Assembly: GCA_012841375.1 (NCBI GenBank)
Contig: DUUV01000028.1
Location: 66,602-130,601 of the forward strand
Reading direction: 5' to 3'
Origin: Candidatus Fermentithermobacillaceae bacterium
GTDB taxonomy: Bacteria > Bacillota > Sulfobacillia > Fermentithermobacillales > Fermentithermobacillaceae
Length of the DNA: 64,000 nt
The translations under genes were made by a program, and so were the position numbers. The notes below the pieces were generated by a model. That model was given only the letters and a program-made list of their open reading frames with translations, did no database searches and was not told the DNA's origin. This document shows positions 37,691-48,128 of this stretch, piece by piece (position 1 is the first letter of the stretch; each line of letters begins with the position of its first letter).

Positions 37691-40423
37691 CTATCGCTCC
37701 TCTCCCCCGGCCTTCTTCTTCAGTTCGTAAAGCTTCTGCAGAGCCTCAAGCGGGCTCATACTGTCTACTTCGAGGCTGCTGAGCTCCTCAACCAGTGTGG
37801 CGGCCTGAAGAGGTAACGCTTGGGCGCACGCGACCTCGTCGGTGGCACCGAACAAGGACGCCTGCCCCGGAAGCCCGGGAAGATACAGGGAGGTCGACGC
37901 GGTCCTTGACGCGACTTGTCCCAGTATGCCTGTCCGCCACTTTGAACCGCGCCGCGCTTCAGCCTCTAATCCCGAGAGTATCTCGCGCGCCCGTTCCACT
38001 ACTTCGGGCGGAAGCCCCGCCATGGCTGCTACGTCAATCCCGAAACTGCCTTCGGCGACCCCTCTTGTCACTTTCCTCAGGAACACGATCTCTTGGCCCG
38101 ACCTTCTGACGGAAACGCAATAGTTTCGTACACACGGCCTTAGGTCAGAGAGGAGCGTGAGTTCACGGTAGTGGGTTGCCACCAGCGCTCTGGGCCCGGC
38201 AGGCGAGCCGGGTTCGCCCGAAAGGAACTCGACGACGGCCCATGCGACCGCCAGCCCGTCAAACGTGCCGGTGCCCCTCCCGATCTCGTCGAGAATCACC
38301 AGACTTCGCTCGGTAACCGAGCTCAGGATGCGAGAGACCTCGGTCATCTCCACCATGAAGGTGGACTGCCCGAGCACCAGGTCGTCATATGCCCCCACTC
38401 TGGCGAAAACCTTGTCCACGCAAGCGATCGTCGCCTGTTTGGCGGGTACGTACGAACCCATCTGAGCCATGATGACGATGAGAGCCGCCTGCCTGCAGTA
38501 TGTTGACTTCCCACCCATATTGGGGCCTGTGATCACCAGGACGCGCTCCTCGTCGTCGATCTTGAGGTCGTTGGGCACGTAAGCCCCGGGCGGTATCACC
38601 TGCTCAATAACAGGATGCCGCCCTCCTTTGATGACGGTGGCGCCTCCGGATGATACCTCCGGCTTTGAGTAGTTGTTTGCCACAGCGATCTCAGCCAGGC
38701 ATGCCAGGGCGTCGATCTGGGCGATGGCTCTGGCAGTCTTCTGGATTCTCTTCATCCGGGCAGCCGTAAAATCGCGGACCTCGCCGAACACCCGCTGCTC
38801 CTCCCTGCGGAGCTTTTCTTCTGCGCCCAGTATGGCGGCTTCTTTCTCTCTGAGTTCGGGTGTAACGTATCTCTCTGAAGAAGCCAGAGTCTGCTTTCTT
38901 ATGTAGTCGTCGGGCACCAGAGACTGGTTGGCCCGGGTTACCTCAATGTAGTACCCAAACACCCGGTTGTAGCCTACCTTGAGTGACTTTATGCCGGTGC
39001 GTTCCCTTTCGCGGGTTTCAAAATCCAGAACCCACTTCTTTCCGCCGAGCGCGAGGTCCCTAAGTGAGTCTATATCAGGGTCATAGCCTTCCCTTACAAT
39101 GCCGCCTTCTGTGGTCGAGACCGGAGGCTCGTCCACGATAGCGCGCCTTACCAGGTCGACCACTTCGGGCACAGGGTCCAGGCCGGACGCCAGGCCGGCG
39201 AGGGGTGTGGCAGCGCAATCTTCTCTCTGGAGCATTTCGGCTATCTCGGGGACGGACTCCATAGACCCTACGACGGCGACCAAGTCCCTGGCGTTGCATG
39301 ACCCGTAGGCTATCCTCGTCATGAGCCGTTCCAGGTCCCTCACCCGGGACAAGGCCTTCCTTATCCCCAGCCGGAGCCCGCTGTCCTTGTGGAATACTTC
39401 GACGGCCGACAGTCGATCTGCGATACGCGCCGCATCGCTCAAGGGGCGCTCTATCCACTGCCTGATGAGGCGCGACCCCATCGGAGTGCAGGCGCGGTCC
39501 AGCACCCACACCAGAGACCCTTCTCTTCCGCCCTGAAGCCTTTCGGTCAGTTCCAAGTTCCGCCGCGTGGATGGGTCTATCTCCATGAATCCGCCCTCCA
39601 GATAGAAGACGGGCGGTTTCAGGTGGTGGAGGCCTATCTTCTGGGTCTCCCTAAGGTATCCCAGGAGCGTGCGCAGCGCGTGGAGGGCGGCCGGTCTTTC
39701 TTCTTGCCGGAGACGGTCTGGAAGACCTGGCCCATACACACTCAAGATGGCGTCATCATCGCCGGACGAAACCGGCGCGGTCACCGACAGAAACGCTCCC
39801 GGGCAGGCCCTGGCGATGGATTCCCTGAGTTCCTGAGAGACCCCTTCCTGAAAGACGCACTCCTTGGGCCGTAGCTTCGCCAGTTCCTCAACGAGATCGG
39901 AAAAGCCGCCCGCATAGGGCTTGCGAGGACCTGGATGGTGTTCCAGAGACAGGGAAAACTCGGCCAAGAGCACTTCTCCCGTTGATAAGTCGCAGGCGCA
40001 CAATGAGCTTGTTCGGGCTTGTCCGGACTCGTCCACCCAAACCGAGGCGATGTACGACGCGCCCGACGATTCCGCTCCCTCCCAGTAGGTGCCTGGAGTG
40101 ATGACCCGGACAACCTCGCGGCGCACCAAGCCTTTGGCCTCGGCAGGATCCTCCATTTGATCGCAGATGGCGACCTTGTAGCCTTTCTCGATGAGCACCT
40201 TTATGTAGTCGTCAACCGAATGGTGGGGTACCCCGCACATGGGCGCCCGCTTCCCCTGGCCTGCAACCCTGCCGGTCAGCGTAATGCCCAGTTCTCTCGA
40301 GCCCGTCTCTGCGTCCTCATAGAACATCTCGTAGAAGTCCCCGAGCCTGAAGAACAAGATGGCGTCGGGGTGCTGTGCCTTCAGCCTTCTGTATTGGGAC
40401 ATCATGGGGGTTGGTTCTCTCAT
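37691..40423 (-). CDS. mutS: DNA mismatch repair protein MutS
   Basis: TPMMSQY N-terminus, Walker A GPNMGGKST, 910 aa; 4-nt overlaps with mutL and miaB. Confidence 0.95.
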   Translation of the reverse strand: MREPTPMMSQYRRLKAQHPDAILFFRLGDFYEMFYEDAETGSRELGITLTGRVAGQGKRAPMCGVPHHSVDDYIKVLIEKGYKVAICDQMEDPAEAKGLVRREVVRVITPGTYWEGAESSGASYIASVWVDESGQARTSSLCACDLSTGEVLLAEFSLSLEHHPGPRKPYAGGFSDLVEELAKLRPKECVFQEGVSQELRESIARACPGAFLSVTAPVSSGDDDAILSVYGPGLPDRLRQEERPAALHALRTLLGYLRETQKIGLHHLKPPVFYLEGGFMEIDPSTRRNLELTERLQGGREGSLVWVLDRACTPMGSRLIRQWIERPLSDAARIADRLSAVEVFHKDSGLRLGIRKALSRVRDLERLMTRIAYGSCNARDLVAVVGSMESVPEIAEMLQREDCAATPLAGLASGLDPVPEVVDLVRRAIVDEPPVSTTEGGIVREGYDPDIDSLRDLALGGKKWVLDFETRERERTGIKSLKVGYNRVFGYYIEVTRANQSLVPDDYIRKQTLASSERYVTPELREKEAAILGAEEKLRREEQRVFGEVRDFTAARMKRIQKTARAIAQIDALACLAEIAVANNYSKPEVSSGGATVIKGGRHPVIEQVIPPGAYVPNDLKIDDEERVLVITGPNMGGKSTYCRQAALIVIMAQMGSYVPAKQATIACVDKVFARVGAYDDLVLGQSTFMVEMTEVSRILSSVTERSLVILDEIGRGTGTFDGLAVAWAVVEFLSGEPGSPAGPRALVATHYRELTLLSDLRPCVRNYCVSVRRSGQEIVFLRKVTRGVAEGSFGIDVAAMAGLPPEVVERAREILSGLEAEARRGSKWRTGILGQVASRTASTSLYLPGLPGQASLFGATDEVACAQALPLQAATLVEELSSLEVDSMSPLEALQKLYELKKKAGGEER

Positions 40424-41832
40424 GGGCTCCTCAACTCTTCCGAGTCCCTAACCGGCCCCTTAAGGTACCACACACCGGCCTCGCGGACTTCCACATTCAC
40501 CATACGGCCTACGGGGGAGACACCTGGACCGGCTTCCGCCAACACCATCTTGTTGGTCCGCGTCCTTCCGCGCCAGAGCGCAGGATCCTTAGGATCCCGC
40601 TCCTCGATCAATACCTCAACCTCTTTGCCGACCATTTCGGTGTTTCTCTCAAGCGTTATCCCAGACTGCAGCTCGACGAGCCGTTGCAGCCTCTGTGACT
40701 TCTCCTCTTTCGGGACCTGTCCCTTCATTTTCGCAGCCGCAGTTCCCTTTCTCGGCGAGAAGATGAACGTAAAAGCCCCGTCGAACCTCACTCGACGGAC
40801 GACGTCGAGCGTTTCCTGGAAATCTTCTTCGGTCTCACCCGGAAAACCCACAATGATGTCGGTGGTGATCGAGGCATCCGGCACGGTGTCCAGAATATGG
40901 CCCGCGAGGTCCAGATACTCGTCCTTCGAGTAGCCCCGGTTCATCACCTTGAGGATGTTGTCGGACCCCGATTGGAGCGGCAAGTGGAAGTGCTCGCACA
41001 CCTTTTCGCATTGGCGGACGGCGTCCACCATCTCCTTGGTGAAATCCCGGGGATGGGACGTGAAGTACCGGATCCGGTGAAGCCCTTCGATGCGGTCCAG
41101 GTCCTTAAGAAGGGCGGCAAAACCGTAAGGGCCGGTCTCCCGGCGCTCACCGCCAAAGTCAAGCCCGAAGGCGTTGACGTTCTGCCCCAGGAGCGTGACC
41201 TCTTTGTAGCCCCTCCGGGCTAGGTCCCGGACTTCACCGATCACGTCTCCGGGAAGCCTGGATACCTGGGGACCCCTAACGTAAGGGACTATGCAATAAG
41301 AGCAGAAGTTGTCGCAACCGTACATTATCGTCACGAAAGCGCTGACGCCGGGGATCTGCTTCCTCGGAAGCCCCTCGGGCAGGATCTGAGTGGACTCGTC
41401 GCGGGTGACGCCCGTCCTGGCCGGAGAGACCGCCGTCAGGAGACCGGCCTTCCTGTCGGCTCTCGCCTCCTGCAAGAGGTCTGGGATCCTGTGGATGTTG
41501 CCGGGGCCGCTCACTATCTTGACAAAGGGCACTCTCCGCTTCAGCCTGAGAAGCGTGTCCGGGAGCTGAGCCATGCAGCCGGCGAGCACAAACACCGGTT
41601 CATCGCCGCTCCTCATGGCGTGCAGCTTCCCAAGCCGGCTCCACACCTTGGCTTCAGCCGATTCCCTGACCGCGCACGTGTTGAGGATAATCACGTCTGC
41701 CGTTCCGGGATCATCTGAGGGTTCCATTCCCTCTTGGGCCAAGAGGGCCGATATCGTCTCCGAGTCCCTCTCGTTCATTTGGCAGCCGAAAGTCTCAATA
41801 TAGAAAGTTCCACGGGAACCCAAGAAGACCAC
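40420..41832 (-). CDS. miaB: tRNA-i6A37 methylthiotransferase MiaB
   Basis: MTTase N-terminal cysteines (FGCQMN), radical-SAM CxxxCxxC (CSYCIVP) and TRAM domain. Confidence 0.9.
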   Translation of the reverse strand: MVFLGSRGTFYIETFGCQMNERDSETISALLAQEGMEPSDDPGTADVIILNTCAVRESAEAKVWSRLGKLHAMRSGDEPVFVLAGCMAQLPDTLLRLKRRVPFVKIVSGPGNIHRIPDLLQEARADRKAGLLTAVSPARTGVTRDESTQILPEGLPRKQIPGVSAFVTIMYGCDNFCSYCIVPYVRGPQVSRLPGDVIGEVRDLARRGYKEVTLLGQNVNAFGLDFGGERRETGPYGFAALLKDLDRIEGLHRIRYFTSHPRDFTKEMVDAVRQCEKVCEHFHLPLQSGSDNILKVMNRGYSKDEYLDLAGHILDTVPDASITTDIIVGFPGETEEDFQETLDVVRRVRFDGAFTFIFSPRKGTAAAKMKGQVPKEEKSQRLQRLVELQSGITLERNTEMVGKEVEVLIEERDPKDPALWRGRTRTNKMVLAEAGPGVSPVGRMVNVEVREAGVWYLKGPVRDSEELRSP

Positions 41833-41928
41833 CTGTCTTTGGCGCTTATTCTCCGCAATTATACTTGTTCGCGGCGGAGGCGCACAAATCCGGTTGTCTC
41901 CGACGGGTCGCCGTGGACTCGTTCTCTA

Positions 41929-42894
41929 CTAAGCCAGATGACAGGCTACGAAATGGCCCGGGGTTACCTCGCGCCACTCCGGGCGAGACTCCTTGCAGTG
42001 AGCCGTCGCCTTGGGGCACCTTGTATGGAAGGTGCAGCCCGAAGGAGGATTGAGCGGGCTCGGCACATCGCCTTCCAGCAAGATCTTTGTCTTTCTCACG
42101 TCAGGGTCAGGTACGGGGATGGCCGACAAGAGCGCCACTGTGTAAGGGTGCTTGGGCGCCGAATACAGTACGTCCTTGGAGGCCAGTTCCACCAGGTTCC
42201 CGAGGTACATGACTCCCACTCTATCGGATATATGCTGGACCACCGATAGGTTGTGGGCTATGAACAGATACGTCAGCCCGAACTCTTCTTGAAGGTCTTC
42301 AAGCAGGTTCAGTATCTGGCTCTGAATCGACACATCCAGCGCCGAGACAGGCTCATCGCAGATGATGAGTTTGGGCTTCAGCGCCAGGGCCCGCGCGATG
42401 CCTATTCTCTGCCGCTGACCGCCGGAGAACTCGTGGGGGTACCTCCTAGCGTGATAAGGGCTTAGCCCGACAACTTCCAGGAGTTCATTGACCTTCTCGG
42501 CGCGTTCTTTCCCTTTAGCAATGCCGTGTACCGTGTAAGCTTCCCCAATTATGTCGCCAACGGTCATCCTCGCGTTAAGCGAGCCGTACGGGTCCTGGAA
42601 GATGATCTGCATCTCCCTCCTGAGGCGGCGCATTTGCCTCCGGTCGAACTGCAGGATGTCCTGCCCGTCAAAGACCACTTCTCCGGCCGTAGGCTCCAAG
42701 AGTCTCAGGATACACCTTCCCGTGGTTGTCTTCCCGCAGCCGCTCTCGCCGACCAGTCCCAGTGTCTCGCCGGGACAGATGCCGAAGGACACCCCGTCGA
42801 CGGCTTTGACCCAGGCCCTAACCTTTGAAAAAACGCCTCCTCGCACCGGAAAGTGCTTCTTGAGGTCGCGGACTTCAACTAGGTATTCCGACAT
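41929..42894 (-). CDS. ABC peptide transporter ATPase (OppF-like), second operon
   Basis: Walker [10 protein letters not shown], signature [15 protein letters not shown]. Confidence 0.9.
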   Translation of the reverse strand: MSEYLVEVRDLKKHFPVRGGVFSKVRAWVKAVDGVSFGICPGETLGLVGESGCGKTTTGRCILRLLEPTAGEVVFDGQDILQFDRRQMRRLRREMQIIFQDPYGSLNARMTVGDIIGEAYTVHGIAKGKERAEKVNELLEVVGLSPYHARRYPHEFSGGQRQRIGIARALALKPKLIICDEPVSALDVSIQSQILNLLEDLQEEFGLTYLFIAHNLSVVQHISDRVGVMYLGNLVELASKDVLYSAPKHPYTVALLSAIPVPDPDVRKTKILLEGDVPSPLNPPSGCTFHTRCPKATAHCKESRPEWREVTPGHFVACHLA

Positions 42895-43881
42895 CTATAT
42901 CACCTGGCCTTTTGCGCTGACGGGATGAAAGCAGCTCACTCTGTGAGTTCGGGTGACCTCGGACGTCTCGGGCTCATCCTCCCTGCACTCGCCGGTGGCG
43001 TAGTCGCAGCGATTGTTGAATGGGCAGCCTTTTGGCATGAACATCGGGTTCGGCACGACACCCGGGATCACATGGAGGCGTGGCTGAACCCTGTCCATCC
43101 TGGGGATGGAGTTCAAAAGACCCAGCGTGTACGGGTGGAGCGGGCGGTGGAAAATGTCGCCTGCCGTCCCCTCTTCGATTATCTTTCCGAGATACATGAC
43201 GGCCACCCGGTCTGCCATCTCGGCCACAACTCCCAGGTCATGGGTGATAAGCATGATGGCGGTGCCGGTGCGTTCCTTTAGATCCTTCATAAGTTCGAGT
43301 ATCTGGGCCTGAATGGTAACGTCCAGAGCCGTGGTCGGCTCGTCGGCAATGAGCAGCGACGGGTCGCACGCCAAAGCCATGGCGATCATGACCCGTTGAC
43401 GCATGCCCCCTGACATCTCGTGAGGGTACTGCTTGATACGCCTCTCCGGTTCAGGGATCCCCACGGAGTGAAGCAAGCGGACGGCCTTTTCCATTCCCTC
43501 TTCGCGGGTCATGCCCATGTGGTGCTCCAGCACTTCGGAGATCTGGTCTCCGATGGTGTACACAGGGTTGAGGCTGGTCATTGGTTCCTGGAAGATCATG
43601 CTCATCTTTGAACCGCGAATGCTGCGCATCTCCTCCGGCGTCTTCTTGAGAAGATCCTGACCCTCAAAGTACACCTCTCCCGCCTCGATCTTGCCCGGCG
43701 GGTCCGGTATGAGTCCCATTACGGAAAACGCTGTCACGCTCTTGCCGCATCCTGACTCGCCCACGACTCCCAGGGTCTCACCGGGTTCAATGTCGAAGGA
43801 GACTCCCCGCACAGCGGGGTTCCTGCCGTCCGACGTATAGAAGACTGTGTGTAGGTTCTTGACTGACAAGAGTGGAGCCAT
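42895..43881 (-). CDS. ABC peptide transporter ATPase (OppD-like), second operon
   Basis: Walker A GESGCGKSV, signature MSGGMRQRV. Confidence 0.9.
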   Translation of the reverse strand: MAPLLSVKNLHTVFYTSDGRNPAVRGVSFDIEPGETLGVVGESGCGKSVTAFSVMGLIPDPPGKIEAGEVYFEGQDLLKKTPEEMRSIRGSKMSMIFQEPMTSLNPVYTIGDQISEVLEHHMGMTREEGMEKAVRLLHSVGIPEPERRIKQYPHEMSGGMRQRVMIAMALACDPSLLIADEPTTALDVTIQAQILELMKDLKERTGTAIMLITHDLGVVAEMADRVAVMYLGKIIEEGTAGDIFHRPLHPYTLGLLNSIPRMDRVQPRLHVIPGVVPNPMFMPKGCPFNNRCDYATGECREDEPETSEVTRTHRVSCFHPVSAKGQVI

Positions 43882-43903
43882 CGGACTTCGCCTCCTTCTT
43901 CAT

Positions 43904-44815
43904 TTAGTCCTTCAGCCTTGGGTCGAGGGCGTCGCGCAGCCCGTCGCCCACGTAGTTGAAGGCAAGCACGGTGAGGAATATGAATATCCCTGGGAAGGTC
44001 GTGATCCACGGGGCCTGCAAAAGATAAGTCCTGCCGGCGTTAAGGATGCTCCCCCAGCTGGGATACGGCTCCGGCACCCCTAGCCCTAAGAAACTGAGGC
44101 TGGACTCTGAGAGAATCGCTCCGCCTATCCGCATGGTCGTTGAGACGATTACCGGAGCCATCGCGTTGGGCAATATGTGCCGGAAGATGATGCGCGCGTC
44201 GCTCGCCCCGAGGGCGCGAGCGGCTTCGGTGAACTCCTGCTCTCGTAAGGAGAGAATCTGCCCCCTCACCATCCTGGCCAGAGACGGCCACGACGTGAAG
44301 CCGATAACCAGCATGATGTTGAATATGCTGCGCTCGACTATCGAGACGATGGTGAGCAATAGGAAAAATGTTGGAAACGCCATCACGATTTCAGTGAACC
44401 GCATGAGGATATCGTCCACACGGCCTCCGAAATACGCCGCGGTCGAGCCGATGACGACTCCGACGGTTACCGCTACCGCCGCGGCCACAAAGCCGACCGA
44501 GAGGCTGATCCTGCTTCCCCATACGACTCGCGAGAAAACGTCACGGCCTATGTTGTCTGTCCCCATAAGGTGCTCCCGTGAAGACGGCTTTAGCTTGTTG
44601 GGCGGGTCAACCGTCTCATAGGACTGGGTCGCCAGGAGTGGAGCGAAGATGGCCAACACGTACATGAAGAGGAGGATGTAAAGCCCGGCCATGGCAAGCT
44701 TGTGCTTCTTGAAGCGCCGCCAGACCATCTTCCCGTAAGACTCCGGCTCCGGCGTCATCGCGTCTCCGCCAAAGCTCCGGCGGGCACGATCGTTTTGATG
44801 TTCTATCTGCGACAT
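43904..44815 (-). CDS. ABC peptide transporter permease (OppC-like), second operon
   Basis: Permease core; AAGGAGG RBS before ATG 44815; the longer ORF-track form is rejected. Confidence 0.85.
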   Translation of the reverse strand: MSQIEHQNDRARRSFGGDAMTPEPESYGKMVWRRFKKHKLAMAGLYILLFMYVLAIFAPLLATQSYETVDPPNKLKPSSREHLMGTDNIGRDVFSRVVWGSRISLSVGFVAAAVAVTVGVVIGSTAAYFGGRVDDILMRFTEIVMAFPTFFLLLTIVSIVERSIFNIMLVIGFTSWPSLARMVRGQILSLREQEFTEAARALGASDARIIFRHILPNAMAPVIVSTTMRIGGAILSESSLSFLGLGVPEPYPSWGSILNAGRTYLLQAPWITTFPGIFIFLTVLAFNYVGDGLRDALDPRLKD

Positions 44816-44828
44816 GTCCCCGGCCTCC

Positions 44829-45800
44829 TTATGAGTACTTGATCCGCGGGTCAACCACGACATAGAGGAGGTCCGCAAGGAAGTTGCCCAACACCATAAG
44901 TGTGGCGCCCATCATGTTGATTGCCATGACTATCAGATAATCTCTCTGGAATATGGCGCGGATGGATAGGAGCCCTATACCGGGCCACGAGAAGATCGAT
45001 TCAATGACGACCATCCCGCCGAACAGGAGCGGGAGCTCGGCTCCCAGCAAAGTGACTATCGGCAGGAGGGCGTTTCTCATGGCGTGCTTGAGGATGACGA
45101 CTTTCTCAGGCAGCCCCTTGGCCCGGGCGGTCCTCACATAGTCTTGTCTTATGACCTCAAGCATGCTTGACCGCATGTACCTGGCTACTCCCGTCATGCT
45201 GCCGAAAGCCACGACCGTTACGGGCATGATCACGTGAGCGGCCCTGTCTACCACTGTGGCCCAGAACCCTGCCGTCCTGACGTTTAGTCCAATGGTGCCT
45301 ATTCCCGAAATAGGCAGCCAGTCTAGTTTGAGCCCAAAAAAGTAAATAAGTATTAGGCCAATCCAAAACGACGGTACGGCTTGCCCCAAAAACGCCATGC
45401 TGGTCATCAAGTGATCGAACTTGGAGTATTGCTTGAGGGCCGATATTATGCCCACAGGGATCGCCACCACATAAATGACAACCATGATGAGGAAATTCAG
45501 GTACAGGGTATACGGCAATCTCTCCAATATGGACTTCATGACGGGCTGGCCGTCCACGAAAGACCTCCCGAAGTCGCCTTTTAAGACGTGCTGCATCCAC
45601 CGGAGGTACTGGATATGGATTGGATCGTTCAGGCCATAGAGCTCCTTGATCCTTTCCTTCTGTTCTGCGGTGGCGTTTCGCTCCGCCAGAAGGTCAATTG
45701 GGTCGCCCGGAGCGAGGTGCATGATGGCGAAGTTCAGTATGGAGATCCCGATAAGCAGAGGGATCATCTGGATTAGTCTCCGACCGATGTAGTTGAGCAT
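44829..45800 (-). CDS. ABC peptide transporter permease (OppB-like), second operon
   Basis: MLNYIGRRLIQMIPLL N-terminus typical of OppB/DppB. Confidence 0.9.
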   Translation of the reverse strand: MLNYIGRRLIQMIPLLIGISILNFAIMHLAPGDPIDLLAERNATAEQKERIKELYGLNDPIHIQYLRWMQHVLKGDFGRSFVDGQPVMKSILERLPYTLYLNFLIMVVIYVVAIPVGIISALKQYSKFDHLMTSMAFLGQAVPSFWIGLILIYFFGLKLDWLPISGIGTIGLNVRTAGFWATVVDRAAHVIMPVTVVAFGSMTGVARYMRSSMLEVIRQDYVRTARAKGLPEKVVILKHAMRNALLPIVTLLGAELPLLFGGMVVIESIFSWPGIGLLSIRAIFQRDYLIVMAINMMGATLMVLGNFLADLLYVVVDPRIKYS

Positions 45801-45822
45801 CTAGAGCCCTCTCCCTCAAAGG

Positions 45823-45870
45823 CCGGACCGGACGGGTCTCTCCGTCGCCCATGACCCCTATCCGGTCCGG
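45823..45870 (-). other. Intra-operon stem-loop between the binding-protein and permease genes
   Basis: CCGGACCGGAcGGGTC...GACCCctaTCCGGTCCGG, about a 15-bp interrupted stem. Confidence 0.45.
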
Positions 45871-45921
45871 ACCTCATTTCTCGCCGGGCAAAGCCTGCCC
45901 CGGCTTATCTACTCGGGGATG

Positions 45922-47562
45922 CTAATTGCCGCCGTCCTTAATCCACCAAAGCTCGGGGAACATAGGTCCGGCATAACCCCAGGTGACGCCCTGGACCTTT
46001 TTGTGCATGACCGCAGGGCTGCTGTTTGCGTAAAGGAACACATACGGGAGTTCCTCGTTGACGATCTTCTGGGCCTCAACATAGATCTCTTTGCGCGTGT
46101 CCTTGTCCATCTCGGTCCGGCCAAGTTCCAGAAGTTCGTCCAGTCTGTCGTTCTTGAACTCGACATCGTTGAAACCGACCAGCTGGCCTTTTTCGTTGAC
46201 GGCAGCGTCGGAGTGGAAGAACAGGTAGAAGTCAGGGTCGATTCCCAGGCTCCACGCGAGAGCGTAGGACTGGAATTTGGCGACATCGAGGTACTGTTCG
46301 CAGAGTACGGCCCACTCGATGTATTCCACGGTCACGTTGATGCCGAGGTCTTTCCAGTTCTGCTGGGTAATGAGGAGGGCTGCCTCGAGGATCTTGTTGC
46401 CGGTCGAGGTCAGAAGCTTGACGTCCATCTTGTTTCCGTCTTTCTCGCGGATGCCGTCAGCTCCCAGCTTCCAGCCTGCCTCATCCAAGAGTTCCTTTGC
46501 CTTCTCGGGATTGTACTCGTAAGGATTGAGTTCATCACCGGCGTAGGCCCAGGAGAGCCTCGGCAGGTTGGCGTTCACGACTTCGCCGTGGCCCATGAGG
46601 ACGTCGTCAACGATCTGTTTGCGGTTGGTGCCGTACATGAGAGCCTGTCTCACGAGCTTATCTTTGAAGATGGGATCGGTCTGCTTGAGCCCGATGTAGG
46701 TGTATCCGTTCTGAGTGATCGGCCTGATCTCGTGGGTCTCAGAAAGGGCTTCCGTAATCCTGGCTACATCGTCGGGGGGGATTGCTCCCATGTAGTCTAT
46801 GTCGCCCTTTTCCAAAGCGGCGAGCATGACCTGGTTGTCGCCGTAGAACTTCCAGATAATCTGGTCGATATAGGGACCCTCGCCGAAATAGTTCTCATTG
46901 GCTTCCAACATGATGTACTGGCCCTTTTCCCACGTTACGAACTTGTAGGGTCCGGTGCCTATGGGCTCCATGTTGGCCGGGTTTTCCTTCATCTTTCCGA
47001 TCTCGGTTGTCTCAAAGAGGTGCTTGGGGATGATGCCAATCACGAGCTTTGAGAGTATGGGAGCGTAAGGCGCGTCAAGATAGAGCTCAACGGTGAGATC
47101 GTCGGGTGTCTCGACCTTGGTGATGGGTTTGAAGTCTGTGGCCCTGATGCCGAGATAGTCGGGGTGTCTTATGGCATCGTAGGTGTACTTCACGTCAGCC
47201 GAAGTGAATTTGGTGCCGTCGTGCCAGTAGACGTTGTCTTTCAGTTTGAACGTCCACACCAGCCCGTCTTCAGATACCGTCCAGCTCTCGGCCAAGTCGC
47301 CAATGGGCTCCATATTCGCATTGGCTCTTACCAGGGCGCTGTAGACCCTCGAGTTGATGTTGCCCGACGGAACGTCGGTCGACAGGATGGGGTTGAAGAT
47401 GACCGGGTCGCCGGTCATGCCGAAAACGATCTGGCCTCCCTTGACCGGTTCGTCAGCACCTCCGCCGTTCCCGCTGGGGGCCGGAGCCTCGGGTCCACAC
47501 GCGCCGAGAAACAGCGCGAGTATCATAACCGAGGCGAGGGCCATGATGAGACTCTTTCGCAT
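45922..47562 (-). CDS. ABC transporter substrate-binding lipoprotein, family 5, second operon
   Basis: Lipobox LALFLGAC; GAGGAGG RBS before ATG 47562. Confidence 0.9.
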   Translation of the reverse strand: MRKSLIMALASVMILALFLGACGPEAPAPSGNGGGADEPVKGGQIVFGMTGDPVIFNPILSTDVPSGNINSRVYSALVRANANMEPIGDLAESWTVSEDGLVWTFKLKDNVYWHDGTKFTSADVKYTYDAIRHPDYLGIRATDFKPITKVETPDDLTVELYLDAPYAPILSKLVIGIIPKHLFETTEIGKMKENPANMEPIGTGPYKFVTWEKGQYIMLEANENYFGEGPYIDQIIWKFYGDNQVMLAALEKGDIDYMGAIPPDDVARITEALSETHEIRPITQNGYTYIGLKQTDPIFKDKLVRQALMYGTNRKQIVDDVLMGHGEVVNANLPRLSWAYAGDELNPYEYNPEKAKELLDEAGWKLGADGIREKDGNKMDVKLLTSTGNKILEAALLITQQNWKDLGINVTVEYIEWAVLCEQYLDVAKFQSYALAWSLGIDPDFYLFFHSDAAVNEKGQLVGFNDVEFKNDRLDELLELGRTEMDKDTRKEIYVEAQKIVNEELPYVFLYANSSPAVMHKKVQGVTWGYAGPMFPELWWIKDGGN

Positions 47563-48128
47563 TAGGGTCCTCCTCTCAAAATACTGCCAGGGCATTTCAG
47601 TGAGTTTAGCACTTTGCCCCGATGATTGAAAGACTCACACACACGTTTTTTTATTCGGCGGTGACAGGCACCATTCCTCCCGGCGGGAAGCAGACGAGAC
47701 TTTAGGCCCGAACTCAATTACAAACAGCAACGATATTTTATTGATGAGGAGTCCTGTCGCATGCGGAAAGATGCGTAAAGTGGTCTCCTGCCATTGAAGA
47801 CGGAATGTATATATATGCACACCCACAAGGGACAAGCTGTCGCTACCTTGTGATTTGTCATCAACTTCAGAATGGCACAAGAATAAAGTTGCGCGATCGA
47901 TTGACTGCTTTGGGTCCGTAGGGTACTGGATATTCCGAGACATGAATACTGACAAAGCCGAACACTACACTCGTCCATCCGCAGGGATCCTCCCGGCAAG
48001 TAACGAAATCCGCCGTGAGCCGACGCCGCCGACCGGAACACCCAAGAGCCAGACCGTAAACCGGTTACCGGTCAAACCGGCCAAAAACACTCTGTGAAAG
48101 ACACTCTGAAACGAAAGGAGCCTGACAA

